Below are positions 1 through 9,388 of a stretch of 64,000 nt of DNA, piece after piece; position 1 is the stretch's first letter; each line of letters opens with the position of its first letter. The stretch covers positions 3,502 to 67,501 of the forward strand of contig JALEHB010000252.1 in assembly GCA_022763285.1 (NCBI GenBank). Reading direction: 5' to 3'. The notes under the pieces were generated by a model. That model had not been told where the DNA came from. It saw only the letters and a program-made list of their open reading frames with translations, and ran no database searches. The position numbers were made by a program, and so were the translations under genes. This stretch comes from Pseudomonadales bacterium. Its GTDB lineage: Bacteria; Pseudomonadota; Gammaproteobacteria; Pseudomonadales; Pseudohongiellaceae.

Positions 1-1110
1 CCACAGCAGCCAGCGGTAAATGTCCTGACTGGCCTTGGGTTGATAAATCGGCAGGATCAGGTGATTCAGACACATATTGGACAAGGCCAGGGTCAGCACA
101 ATAATCAGACCACTGGCGGCGGAGAGGCCACCGAGATAGGCAATCAGGGTGAAGGCCGGGGCATCATAGGCGGCCCCAATGACAACCGGAAAATACTCCA
201 CCTGGGCGGTGGAACCGGCTTGCAGGCCAGCCCAGAGAATGGGCAGAACCGGCAAGCCAATCAGCAGAAAATAAAGCGGCACGGCCCAGCTGGCGATCGA
301 CAGCGCCCGCTGACCACTGTTCTCACTGAAAGTGACATAGAACATATGGGGCATGGCCACAGCGGCGGTGAAGAACAGAAGTGCCATCACATGGAAAGAA
401 CTGAAATAGTCAGTTTCCTTCAGGCTGCCCAGAAGTTCCGGTTGGGTTTGCAGCCACTGGTCCAGACCGGCAAACCCTCCGAAGCCCCCATAGACCGCAA
501 ACAGACCCACCACCAGGAAGGCCAGCAATTTCACCAGGGATTCAAAGGCGATGGCCATCACCAGTCCGTCGTGGCGATTGCGACCGGTCTGTCTGGAGGT
601 GCCAAACAAGATGGCAAAGGCGGTGATGAGAACACAGAACCCGAAGGCAATGGCACCCTCGGTAAGCTCTGCAGTCAACAGATTGGCGGTGTCGGCGACG
701 GCGCGAATCTGCAAGGCAATCAGCGGCGTGACTCCCACCAGGGTTACCAGGGTGGCTGCCGTGCCGGCCCAGGGCGAACGGTAACGAAAGGCCACCAGAT
801 CAGCCAGTGAGCTGAGCTGATAAGTGCGGGTCAATTCCAGCAGCGGTTTCAGCAGCAAGGGAGAAAGCAGGAATGCCAGGGAAATTCCGATGGAATGGGC
901 CAGATAGCCGTAGCCATCCCGCAGGGCATTGCCAATGGACGTGTAATAGGCCCAGGCACTGGCAAACACACCCAGTGACAAGACATAGATCAGCGGATGG
1001 CGAACGATTTTTTCCGGGATCAGTCCGCGGTCTGTAGCAAAAGCCAGGGCAAACAGCGTAAGCAGGTAGCCACTGCCCAGAGCGGCCAGGGTAGTGATCT
1101 CAAAATTCAT
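1..1110 (-). CDS. cbrA: N-terminal sodium:solute-symporter-like (SSS) membrane domain of a CbrA-type sensor histidine kinase; 5' part only, the gene runs off the window
   Basis: Absent from the ORF track because there is no stop in the window. My minus-strand translation from ATG 1110 reads MNFEITTLAALGSGYLLTLFALAFATDRGLIPEKIVRHPLIYVLSLGVFASAWAYYTSIGNALRDGYGYLAHS...LSSLADLVAFRYRSPWAG...PLIALQIRAV... I spot-checked the frame at several points and it stays open to base 1 (370 codons). It is multi-TM and resembles SSS-domain sensor kinases rather than plain SSS transporters. Its position after dksA-gluQ matches cbrA in Pseudomonas. Confidence 0.55.
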   Translation of the reverse strand, partial: MNFEITTLAALGSGYLLTLFALAFATDRGLIPEKIVRHPLIYVLSLGVFASAWAYYTSIGNALRDGYGYLAHSIGISLAFLLSPLLLKPLLELTRTYQLSSLADLVAFRYRSPWAGTAATLVTLVGVTPLIALQIRAVADTANLLTAELTEGAIAFGFCVLITAFAILFGTSRQTGRNRHDGLVMAIAFESLVKLLAFLVVGLFAVYGGFGGFAGLDQWLQTQPELLGSLKETDYFSSFHVMALLFFTAAVAMPHMFYVTFSENSGQRALSIASWAVPLYFLLIGLPVLPILWAGLQAGSTAQVEYFPVVIGAAYDAPAFTLIAYLGGLSAASGLIIVLTLALSNMCLNHLILPIYQPKASQDIYRWLLW

Positions 1111-1276
1111 CGCTGTCTTTCCTGCGATGCATCCAGGCGGCGATACAGACCACCAGGAAGCCGACGAAGTAGGGGCGGTACCAGGCACCCTCAGGCTGGT
1201 TGATCCAGTCGACGCTGACCAGAAACAGCAGATAGATGATGATCAACAGCGTCAATATGTAGCGGGGTATATACAC
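1100..1276 (-). CDS. Small (58 aa) two-helix membrane ORF overlapping the sensor-kinase start (CbrX-like)
   Basis: GTG at 1276 is preceded by AAGGA with a 5-nt spacer, immediately after the gluQ stop. Translation: (M)YIPRYILTLLIIIYLLFLVSVDWINQPEGAWYRPYFVGFLVVCIAAWMHRKDSDEF. The stop TGA at 1102-1100 lies 8 nt past the downstream ATG (1110), an 11-nt overlap. The ORF is below the 60-aa cutoff of the ORF track. Confidence 0.4.
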   Translation of the reverse strand: MYIPRYILTLLIIIYLLFLVSVDWINQPEGAWYRPYFVGFLVVCIAAWMHRRKDSDEF

Positions 1277-1285
1277 AGCAGTCCT

Positions 1286-2215
1286 TCAGAAAGATAGCTC
1301 GGGAATATTAGCCAACTTGGGTACGGCCTGTATATCCCAGTGCTCAATACCCCAGGCAAGCTGGGCAGCGCAGGGGCTCGTAGCCAGTGCCCTCGGCGGT
1401 TGCAGGCCAAGGAATTTCAGTCCCTCAAAGAGGCAGCGGCCTGCTTCAGAAATATCCACTGCCGCGGCAAAATGCTGTTTGCTCAGTTTCTGGCCCTGAT
1501 CATTCACCAGCACCGGGAAGTGAGCGTAGTTGGGCCGGGGCAGGCCCAGCAGGGATTGCAGATAGATTTGTCGCGGGGTTGAATCCAGCAAGTCATAGCC
1601 CCGCACCACATCTGTTATCTGTTGATAGCCATCGTCCACCACGACGGCCAGCTGATAGGCAAACAGTCCATCCTTGCGGCGAATAACAAAATCGCCCACC
1701 TCGGTTTCTACGGCCTGGCTGAATTTGCCCTGGATGCGGTCTGTAAATTCAATACTGGCAGCGCTGGTCTGCAAGCGAATGGCACAGTCTTTATCCCCGG
1801 CCACAGCCTGTGTGCGGCAGTGACCATCATAGCGGCCATTCAGTTCCCTGATGCGCTGTCTGCTGCAGCTGCATCGATACAGCAGGCCGTTCGAGTCGAG
1901 CTGCGACAGCGCCGCTGCGTAGGCATCATGACGCTGGCTCTGATAGAGAACCTCGCCATCCCAGTGCATCTCCAGATAGCGTAGTTGTTCGAGAATCTGT
2001 TCTGCGGCACCGGCTGGTTCCCGCGGCGGATCCAGATCTTCCATGCGCAGCAGCCACTGTCCGCTGGCAGCCCGGGCGTCAAGATAACTGGCCAGGGCGG
2101 CAATCAGGGAGCCCATGTGCAGGGGGCCGGTAGGTGAGGGAGCAAAGCGGCCGACATAAGCGGCAGTATTACCCGAACAGGCGGTAGGCTTGTCGGGCTC
2201 AGCTATAGTGCTCAT
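1286..2215 (-). CDS. gluQ: Glutamyl-Q tRNA(Asp) synthetase
   Basis: 309 aa. Has a class-I aaRS HIGH-type motif (SPTGPLHMGSL) and KLSKQ (KMSKS-type). The length matches a truncated GluRS-like protein without an anticodon-binding domain. It is adjacent to dksA, as in E. coli and Pseudomonas. Confidence 0.9.
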   Translation of the reverse strand: MSTIAEPDKPTACSGNTAAYVGRFAPSPTGPLHMGSLIAALASYLDARAASGQWLLRMEDLDPPREPAGAAEQILEQLRYLEMHWDGEVLYQSQRHDAYAAALSQLDSNGLLYRCSCSRQRIRELNGRYDGHCRTQAVAGDKDCAIRLQTSAASIEFTDRIQGKFSQAVETEVGDFVIRRKDGLFAYQLAVVVDDGYQQITDVVRGYDLLDSTPRQIYLQSLLGLPRPNYAHFPVLVNDQGQKLSKQHFAAAVDISEAGRCLFEGLKFLGLQPPRALATSPCAAQLAWGIEHWDIQAVPKLANIPELSF

Positions 2216-2306
2216 GACGGATCAGGCTGCAGCGAAAACAAGGGCTGCCGGTGATGCTGGTCGACCCGATGGCCGACCAGAAGAGAAGCGGAATAGCCTG
2301 CAGGGC

Positions 2307-2750
2307 TTAGCTGCCCAGTTGCTTTTCCTTGATTTCGTCCAGGGTCTTGCAGTCGATACACTTGTTGGCCGTTGGGCGGGCTTCAAGACGACGAATACCA
2401 ATCTCGATACCGCAGGAATCACAGAAGCCGTAGTCATCCTGGGCAATAAGCTCAATGGTACTGTCGATCTTCTTGATCAGTTTCCGTTCCCGGTCGCGGG
2501 TGCGCAATTCCAGGCTAAATTCCTCTTCCTGGGTGGCACGGTCAGCCGGGTCCGGATAATTGGCAGCATCATCTTGCATGTGGTGCACGGTGCGGTCCAC
2601 TTCCTGCATCAGTTGCTCACGCCAGTTCAGCAGGATCTGCTTGAAATGCTCCCGCTGCTTTTCGTTCATGTATTCTTCACCCTTCTTTGGCTTGTAAGGG
2701 AGGAAGTTTTTCAGAACGGGTTGCGATTCAGTGGTTTGCGCGTTGGACAT
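2307..2750 (-). CDS. dksA: RNA polymerase-binding transcription factor DksA
   Basis: 147 aa with an acidic coiled-coil region and a C4 zinc finger ([26 protein letters not shown]). Length and layout are canonical for DksA. Confidence 0.93.
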   Translation of the reverse strand: MSNAQTTESQPVLKNFLPYKPKKGEEYMNEKQREHFKQILLNWREQLMQEVDRTVHHMQDDAANYPDPADRATQEEEFSLELRTRDRERKLIKKIDSTIELIAQDDYGFCDSCGIEIGIRRLEARPTANKCIDCKTLDEIKEKQLGS

Positions 2751-3075
2751 GATTAGCTATGCCTCGTGAGAATCTGCGCCGGCGCTTGTCGATGCCAACT
2801 TTGAAACAAGCAAGCCACGCCAGCTACAGTTATCTACAAATATGCTGTTATTCAGTGCATTAAGTGAGCCGCCAGGGGCTCGTTTTCTGCTCCATTTTTT
2901 ACCGGTAAATCGGTGATTTGTCCGGCTCGGATTTCAGAAAGCTGGCTAAGCTACCAGATTCTTTGGGTCGATGCCATAAAAATAAGCGCGATTTTTAACC
3001 ACTATCAATGTTGTATCCAGTGCCTTACCCTGCCTGTCACTGAGCCGAATGACTGCTCTATAATAGTGAGCTTTT

Positions 3076-4290
3076 GTGACAAACATGACCGTGACAGATT
3101 CAAGCAATTCCTCCCGAAACCCTGCCCCTGGCGGCGGTGCCGACAGGCTCGACAAGATCAATCCCTTTCGGGTGATGACTGTCATGCAGCGGGCAGCAGA
3201 ACTGGAAGCCCAGGGCCGCAAAGTCATCCACATGGAAGTCGGTGAGCCCGATTTCACCACCGCTGCGCCACTGGTAGCAGCCGCCAAGGCAGCATTGGAT
3301 GCCGGTCATACCGGCTATACGCCGGCTCCAGGGATCCCGCAGCTTCGGCAGAAACTGGCCGAGCACTACCAGCAGAATTACGGCGTTTCGGTCGATTCAG
3401 CGCGTATTCTGGTTACGCCAGGCGCCAGTGCCGGCCTGATGTTGCTGGCCCATTTGCTGGTTGGTCCTGGTGACGGCATTCTGCTCGGCGATCCCGCCTA
3501 TCCCTGTGTACGCAACTTTATCCATCTGGTGCAGGGCCGGCCTCTGCTGATTCCGGTAGGACCGGCAGAGAATTTTCAACCGACCGTGGCGCAATTGGAA
3601 ACTGGCTGCGATGCGCGAACCACTGGTCTGTGGCTGGCCTCACCGGCCAATCCCACCGGCGCCATACTGGATCGTGGGCGACTACAGCAAAGTTGCGACT
3701 GGGCCAACAGCCGGGGACTGCATGTGCTGGTGGATGAGATCTACCATGGCCTGCATTATGTGGACGATATGCCCACGGTACTGGAGGTGGATGACAGCAG
3801 TTTTGTGGTAAACAGCTTTTCCAAGTATTTCGGAATGACCGGTTGGCGTCTGGGCTGGATCGTAGTGCCGGAGGCTTTTGTCGAGAAGGCCAATATCCTG
3901 GCTCAGAATCTCTATATTTCTGCGCCCTCCATGGCGCAGTATGCAGCGCTGGCGGCGTTCGAGCCTGGCAGCCGCGAAATTTTCGAGCAGCGACGAGAGG
4001 CATTTCGCCAGCGAGGTGATTACCTGCGCCGGGAGTTGGCCGCCATGGGCTTCGGACTGGCTGAAGCTGTGCAGGGCGCTTTTTACCTGTATGCAGATAT
4101 CAGTCGTTTCTCCAACGATGCTGAACAATTCTGCCAGCAAATGCTGGAGAAGGAAGCGGTAGCAATCACGCCGGGCACTGATTTCGGAGAGCATCGCGCC
4201 CGGCAATACGTGCGATTTGCTTTCACCACCAGCATGGAAAACCTGGAAGAGGGCGTCGCTCGCCTGCGTCAGGCTCTGGGGCAGACATGA
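3076..4290 (+). CDS. Pyridoxal-phosphate-dependent aminotransferase (class I/II, AspC-like)
   Basis: 404-aa ORF starting at GTG 3076, with ATG 3085 as a possible alternative. Fold-type I signature [16 protein letters not shown] contains the Schiff-base Lys. The stop overlaps the sfsA start (ATGA at 4287). Confidence 0.85.
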   Translation: MTNMTVTDSSNSSRNPAPGGGADRLDKINPFRVMTVMQRAAELEAQGRKVIHMEVGEPDFTTAAPLVAAAKAALDAGHTGYTPAPGIPQLRQKLAEHYQQNYGVSVDSARILVTPGASAGLMLLAHLLVGPGDGILLGDPAYPCVRNFIHLVQGRPLLIPVGPAENFQPTVAQLETGCDARTTGLWLASPANPTGAILDRGRLQQSCDWANSRGLHVLVDEIYHGLHYVDDMPTVLEVDDSSFVVNSFSKYFGMTGWRLGWIVVPEAFVEKANILAQNLYISAPSMAQYAALAAFEPGSREIFEQRREAFRQRGDYLRRELAAMGFGLAEAVQGAFYLYADISRFSNDAEQFCQQMLEKEAVAITPGTDFGEHRARQYVRFAFTTSMENLEEGVARLRQALGQT

Positions 4291-5000
4291 AACTTCCAGA
4301 GCAACTGCAAGCGGCAACCCTGCTGCGCCGCTACAAACGCTTCCTGGCCGACATTGAACTGGCCGATGGTAGTCAGCTCACCATTCATTGCCCCAATACC
4401 GGTTCCATGAAAAATTGCCAGCAAGCTGGCAGTCGGGTCTGGTATACGCTCTCTGACAATCCCAAGCGCAAATACCCCGGTACCTGGCAATTGATCGAAG
4501 TGGATAAAAAGCATCTGGTAGGGATTAATACCGGGCTGGCCAACAAACTCGTCCGGGAAGCCATCGAGTCACAACGGGTAGGCAGTCTCACCAGTTTCGA
4601 TGCCATTCGCAGCGAGGTTCCCTATGGTGAACAGCGCAGCCGTATCGATTTGCTGCTCCAGGCCGAGGGCAAACCTCCCTGCTATATAGAAGTGAAAAAT
4701 GTCAGTCTTGGCCAGGCCGATGGTCAGGGCCTTTTCCCGGATGCCGTGACGCAGCGGGGGCAGAAACATTTACAGGAATTGATGGAGATGGTGCGCCAGG
4801 GCAACAGGGCAGTGCTGTGTTTCTGTGTGCAGCACAGTGGCATCGACCGCCTGAGTCCGGCCGATGAAATCGACCCGGATTATGCCGACTTGTTAAGGCA
4901 GGCCAGTGCTGCCGGCGTTGAGCTGATTGCTCTGCGTGCCAGCTTCGATGTGCAGGCCTCGGAAATCAGTCTGACGGAAGAGATTCCGGTTTGCCTGTAA
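4287..5000 (+). CDS. sfsA: Sugar fermentation stimulation protein SfsA (DNA-binding/nuclease-like)
   Basis: 237 aa. The N-terminus [16 protein letters not shown]...IHCPNTGSM is typical of SfsA. Confidence 0.88.
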   Translation: MKLPEQLQAATLLRRYKRFLADIELADGSQLTIHCPNTGSMKNCQQAGSRVWYTLSDNPKRKYPGTWQLIEVDKKHLVGINTGLANKLVREAIESQRVGSLTSFDAIRSEVPYGEQRSRIDLLLQAEGKPPCYIEVKNVSLGQADGQGLFPDAVTQRGQKHLQELMEMVRQGNRAVLCFCVQHSGIDRLSPADEIDPDYADLLRQASAAGVELIALRASFDVQASEISLTEEIPVCL

Positions 5001-5014
5001 AGCCTGGTCTGTAA

Positions 5015-5359
5015 TCAGCTCAGTGTGACGGGTTGCAGGTATTTGTCTTCCACCATGATCAGGCCGTTTTCAATACTGAAGGGAACCGGCTGCAATGACT
5101 TGCCCTGACAGGGACCAGCCAGACAATGCCCGTCTTCAATCCGGAACAGTGCGCCGTGGGTTGAGCATTGAATCAAGGCTCCATCGGGGTCGAGGAAGCG
5201 ATCTTCTTCCCATTCCAGTGGTGTGCCGAGATGCGGGCAACGGTTCCAGTACAGGAAAATCTGGTCGTCTTTCTTGACGGCGAACAGATGACGGTTGTTG
5301 TGCTCAAGACCTTTGGAGCGGCCTTCTTCAAGCTCATCCACAGCCAGCAGGGTAATCAT
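5015..5359 (-). CDS. Rieske [2Fe-2S] domain protein
   Basis: 114 aa with the Rieske ligand motifs CPHLG...CSTHGALF. The start overlaps the stop of the upstream PLP enzyme (ATGA at 5359-5356). Confidence 0.8.
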   Translation of the reverse strand: MITLLAVDELEEGRSKGLEHNNRHLFAVKKDDQIFLYWNRCPHLGTPLEWEEDRFLDPDGALIQCSTHGALFRIEDGHCLAGPCQGKSLQPVPFSIENGLIMVEDKYLQPVTLS

Positions 5360-6588
5360 ACGGCCAATGCCTCGCTGAAATCCGTTAACAAATCATCGAT
5401 ATCTTCAATGCCTACCGAAAAGCGAATCATGCTGTCGGCGATGCCCATGGATGCCCTGCGCTCGGGGCCCATCTCATAGTAGATGGTGTGGGCCACAGGT
5501 ATCGCCAGGGTACGGGTGTCACCCAGATTGCTGGAGGCGATAACGGTGTCCATGCGATTGAGCACGTCGAAGCAGTCCAGTTGCTCAATCAGGTCGATGC
5601 TGAAGATTGCACCAAAGCCCTTGAACAGGGATTTGGCCCGTTGGTGTTGCGGATGGCTGGGCAGGCCCGGGTAATAGCATTGCTTCACCCCCGGGTGCTG
5701 AGCACAAAACTCGGCCAGAGTCTGGGCATTGTCACAGGCACGGTCGAGACGCAGGGGCAGGGTTTCCGAGCCCACTGCCAGATGATGGGCTGCTTCCGGG
5801 CCCAGTGAGGCGCCCATATCCCGAAGTCCCTTTTTCTTTATCTGGGTAATTCCCCAGTTGCTGGCATCGCCCTGACGGTAGGTGTCATAAATATTGTCGA
5901 AGGTGGACCAGTCATAGAGGCCGGTGTCGGTTACTGCACCACCCAGGGCATTGCCATGGCCGCCAATGTATTTGGTCAGGGAGTTGATGATCAGACTGGC
6001 ACCGACACTGCGTGGTGAAAACAGATGCGGTGAGGTCATGGTGTTATCGACGCAGTAGATCAGCTGTCGTTGCTCGCAGAGCTCGCCAATCGCCGTCAGG
6101 TCCGCCACCTGGGTAACCGGATTGGCGATGGTCTCCACAAACACCATGCGGGTGTTGTCCTGGATCGCGGCGGCGACATGACTGGCATCGGTGGCGTCAA
6201 CAAAGCTGACTTCAATGCCAAAATTGGCGAGCGTGCCGAAAAAACTGTTGGTGTTACCAAAAAGGAAGGCACTGGAGACGATATGGTCTCCGGCTCGCAA
6301 CAGACTCAGGCAACTGGCGGCGATTGCTGCCATGCCGGTGGCAAAGGCAACCGTGGCCTTGCCATCTTCCATGCCGGTGATGCGATCCTGCAGGGCGGTC
6401 ACTGTCGGATTTAACTGGCGGCCATAATTGTAACCAGGGCGTTTACCCTGGAATACTTCCGCCAGCTCCCGTGCATCCTCATAGCCATAGGCAACCGAGG
6501 GATGGATCGCCTTGTGCAGAACGCCATGCTCGGGTTTGCTGTTGCGGTCGGAATGCAGATTACGTGTGAAAAAGCCTTTTTTGGCCAT
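5356..6588 (-). CDS. Cys/Met-metabolism PLP-dependent enzyme (O-acetylhomoserine sulfhydrylase / cystathionine gamma-synthase family)
   Basis: The family Lys motif SLTKYIGGHGNALGG is present. I place the start at the internal ATG 6588 (MAKKGFFTRNLHSDR...). The 38-codon extension in the track (to 6702) is Pro/Ala-rich and overlaps the upstream gene. Confidence 0.8.
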   Translation of the reverse strand: MAKKGFFTRNLHSDRNSKPEHGVLHKAIHPSVAYGYEDARELAEVFQGKRPGYNYGRQLNPTVTALQDRITGMEDGKATVAFATGMAAIAASCLSLLRAGDHIVSSAFLFGNTNSFFGTLANFGIEVSFVDATDASHVAAAIQDNTRMVFVETIANPVTQVADLTAIGELCEQRQLIYCVDNTMTSPHLFSPRSVGASLIINSLTKYIGGHGNALGGAVTDTGLYDWSTFDNIYDTYRQGDASNWGITQIKKKGLRDMGASLGPEAAHHLAVGSETLPLRLDRACDNAQTLAEFCAQHPGVKQCYYPGLPSHPQHQRAKSLFKGFGAIFSIDLIEQLDCFDVLNRMDTVIASSNLGDTRTLAIPVAHTIYYEMGPERRASMGIADSMIRFSVGIEDIDDLLTDFSEALAV

Positions 6589-6665
6589 GGTCAGACCTTG
6601 GGAATTGCGGGCCGGAGTGATGAAGGCGGTGTTATACACCAGCGCCGGGGAGATTGAAAGCGGGG

Positions 6666-7031
6666 CTATTGCTGGTCCAGGCGGTTCTGGCAGGCAATGC
6701 ACAAGGGGGTTTCGGGCCGCGCTTGCAGGCGGGCAAAGCCGATGGCTTCGTCGCAGCGGCGACAGAAACCATAATCACCGCTGGCCATGGCCGCCAATGC
6801 CAGTCTGATCTGTTGCAAGTGTTGTTCGGCCTGGGCACGGGTGCTGATGGCCATTTGCTGTTGTTGCATGGCATCCATACGGGACACTCGTCCCACCAGG
6901 GTCTGATCCAGTGTCACTGCCTCACTGGCACTCTTGTTCCCCTGCAATTGTTCTTCAAGACTGGCTTGGGTGGCCAGCAAGGCCGCTTTCAATTGGGCCA
7001 GTTGTTCTGCAGTCAGTTCATCCATTGGCAA
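6666..7031 (-). CDS. DksA/TraR-family C4 zinc-finger protein (second paralog in the window)
   Basis: 121 aa. Has a coiled-coil-like N-terminal part and CRRCDEAIGFARLQARPETPLCIACQ. The track start at 7031 is a TTG; ATG 7025 (MDELTAEQ...) is more likely. It lies 7 nt after the stop of the upstream 477-aa ORF. Confidence 0.8.
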   Translation of the reverse strand: MPMDELTAEQLAQLKAALLATQASLEEQLQGNKSASEAVTLDQTLVGRVSRMDAMQQQQMAISTRAQAEQHLQQIRLALAAMASGDYGFCRRCDEAIGFARLQARPETPLCIACQNRLDQQ

Positions 7032-7038
7032 GTTTGAC

Positions 7039-8472
7039 TCAGGGCAGGTTCTGGAACAGGGGGCGGGCGGCGATCAATTGTTCAATCTCATTGAGGCGGG
7101 CCTGGTACTCCGGGCTGTTTCGATCGGCATACAGGGCATTGAAATCGTCTTCCGACAGGCCATCACGGTTGTTGCCTATTTCAGGCATGTAATCCGTCTC
7201 ATCGTTCAGCATCGACAGCCGTTCCTGCATCAGCATGGCAGTTTGGGCATCACGGGTGGCATAACTTGCCAGGAGTGTGCCGGCGCTGTTGGCGGCCAGG
7301 TCCGAGAAACTGAAACCGGAGCGGTAGCGGGCATCATAGGCCTCCTTGGTAATGGATAACATATCGGCAACACCGGCACCTGCCGAGGCCGAGATGGCAG
7401 CCATGGATATCAGGTGCCGCGCCAGATCCTGACGGCGGTGCAAGCGCACCTCCACGAATTTTGCCGGTTCAAGAGTCCCGGCTGCCTCTTCGCCCACCAG
7501 TTGGGCGATGTCCTCATCACTGACATAGATGGCCAGAGTTTGCAGTAGCGTGCGGTTTTCAGCCACCGGGTCACTGCCGGCCCGGGAGTTTTCCAGGGCT
7601 GTGCGAAACAGGGGCACCAGAAAGGTATTGAGGGAGACGGCACCGAGATCGGCCGGCATGGCGGCTGCCTGCAGGCTGATTTGCCGGTAGTAGGCGATGA
7701 TGCGACGCCGGTCTTCGGCGCTGATAAACAATTGCTGGGCATGTTGGCCCAACTGGTCCAGCAAGGCCGGATTCCAGTTCATCTGCACGTTCATGGCGGT
7801 GGGACTGATGGAGATGTCTTCAATGGTGTCCACCAGCGCATAAAGGTCGCCCAGGCTGCTCTCACTGGCCGCAATATTATTGCGCAATGCGGCAAGAACC
7901 CAGGCGGTCAGGGCATTGGGTATGGGCAAATTGCCGGCCTGCAAACCACTCAGCTGCAGGTGACCGTTTGCTTCACTCAGGGTTCCGTTGAGATTGAGGT
8001 AGAGGGAAAGCCGGGATTGCAGTAACGGGATGCTGAAGGTGGCGTTCAGGGTCTGATCTGCCATGGACAGGCGGGATCGCCAATCCGGCGCCAGTCCCAG
8101 AGTCTGGCTGGCATAACGGGCCAGTAAATCCAGTTCACCGGCACTTACCCTGACCTGATGCGGGCCGGGGTTGCCCGGCGACTGCGGCGTGGCTTCCAGA
8201 AAGAACTGCTCGAGCCGGGCCATTTCAGCCGGTTGCAGGGTCTCACTAGCGGGAATGGAGGGTTCGGTCTCCAGAATCACCAGCAACAGGATGACCGGCA
8301 AGCTGACCAGGAATATCAGCAGGGCCTTGAACAGCGGTTTCAGCAATTGCCGGGACTTTATTGCCATGGCAGCAACAGCCTGCCAGCCTGGCCGGGCGGA
8401 GAGAGCGGTGAAGTGGGTGGGCAAGTTGTACTTGGCATGAAATTCAACGCGGCGGTGCCGATACACAGTCAA
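7039..8472 (-). CDS. Hypothetical membrane-anchored protein
   Basis: Long ORF with coding-like composition. One N-terminal TM segment (LFKALLIFLVSLPVILLLVILE). The start is probably ATG 8367 (MAIKSRQLL...) rather than 8472. I recognise no family motif. Confidence 0.6.
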   Translation of the reverse strand: MTVYRHRRVEFHAKYNLPTHFTALSARPGWQAVAAMAIKSRQLLKPLFKALLIFLVSLPVILLLVILETEPSIPASETLQPAEMARLEQFFLEATPQSPGNPGPHQVRVSAGELDLLARYASQTLGLAPDWRSRLSMADQTLNATFSIPLLQSRLSLYLNLNGTLSEANGHLQLSGLQAGNLPIPNALTAWVLAALRNNIAASESSLGDLYALVDTIEDISISPTAMNVQMNWNPALLDQLGQHAQQLFISAEDRRRIIAYYRQISLQAAAMPADLGAVSLNTFLVPLFRTALENSRAGSDPVAENRTLLQTLAIYVSDEDIAQLVGEEAAGTLEPAKFVEVRLHRRQDLARHLISMAAISASAGAGVADMLSITKEAYDARYRSGFSFSDLAANSAGTLLASYATRDAQTAMLMQERLSMLNDETDYMPEIGNNRDGLSEDDFNALYADRNSPEYQARLNEIEQLIAARPLFQNLP

Positions 8473-8722
8473 TACAGAAATGTTCAGTGATTTGGAGCTT
8501 CATCACAATCGTCAGTGCCTGAGTATGTCAAACTCGACATTTTCCGGCATTTATTCAGAAAAAAATTTATTAATCAAAAGCTTGGCGTTAATATCTGCCA
8601 TATTACAACTGAATGCGCGCCTGAGATAGCCTCTGGCGACGCCTTCGATGCCCCAAGCCGCAGACTTTCCCTGCTGGTGATGAAGGTCTGATTGAATACA
8701 GGATCCATAACAGGAGCTGGCT

Positions 8723-9385
8723 ATGACTCTGCAATTTATCAACCGCCTGGACTGGCAAGCCGCGCGACTGGCTATCAGAACCCTGCTGGCCGCGCTCTTT
8801 ATCGTGGTGCTGGGTGCCTGTAGCAGCCAGGCGGCTCGTGATGCGGAACTGGCAGAGCAGGAAGCTGCCCGGGTAGCAGCGCAGCAGGAAGCGGCCCGGG
8901 TGGCCGAACAACGCCAGCGTGAACAGGCGCAACAACAGGAGCGCCAGCGTCAGGCCGAAGCCGCCGAACGTGCGCGCTTGCAAGCCCAGCGAGAGGCCGA
9001 GCAGGCACGCCGGGAAGCCGAAGCCCAGGCCCGGGCAGAGGCTGAGCGTCGGGAGCGGGAAGCAGCAGAGCGTCGCGAACGGGAGCGTCAGGCAGCCATC
9101 GCCGCTGCCGAGGCAGAGCGTCGCCAGCGATTACAGCGTATTGCCGAGCTGGAGCAGCAAATTGCCAATATTCAGGCACAGGCAGCGGCGGATGAGAGAC
9201 GCACGGAATTATTGGAGGAAGCCATTGCCGCGGCAGAGGAATTGCTGGCAGTTCTGACTGAAGAACAGGCCAAATATGAAAATACCGACGATCAGGGCAA
9301 TACCGCCGAGCCGCTGGCCAAGGATCTGATCGCCGAGCTGGAGGCCCGCAAGGACAATCTTGTTGAGCAAATCGACAATCAGTAA
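8723..9385 (+). CDS. Lipoprotein with a long E/R/A/Q-rich charged helical region
   Basis: Signal peptide with lipobox (LFIVVLGAC-SS). About 130 residues are almost pure E/R/A/Q (AERARLQAQREAEQARREAEAQARAEAERREREAAERRERERQ...), followed by an acidic C-terminal part. SD-like AGGAG lies 7 nt before the ATG. Confidence 0.65.
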   Translation: MTLQFINRLDWQAARLAIRTLLAALFIVVLGACSSQAARDAELAEQEAARVAAQQEAARVAEQRQREQAQQQERQRQAEAAERARLQAQREAEQARREAEAQARAEAERREREAAERRERERQAAIAAAEAERRQRLQRIAELEQQIANIQAQAAADERRTELLEEAIAAAEELLAVLTEEQAKYENTDDQGNTAEPLAKDLIAELEARKDNLVEQIDNQ

Positions 9386-9388
9386 GCG

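Noticed and set aside
40-810. 256-aa plus-strand ORF with a G/Q/N-rich low-complexity translation (GQGQGQHNNQTTGGGE...)
   Set aside because: It is antisense to a continuous, clearly membrane-protein-like frame (the SSS-domain sensor kinase). Its composition is a shadow-ORF artefact of a GC-rich coding region.
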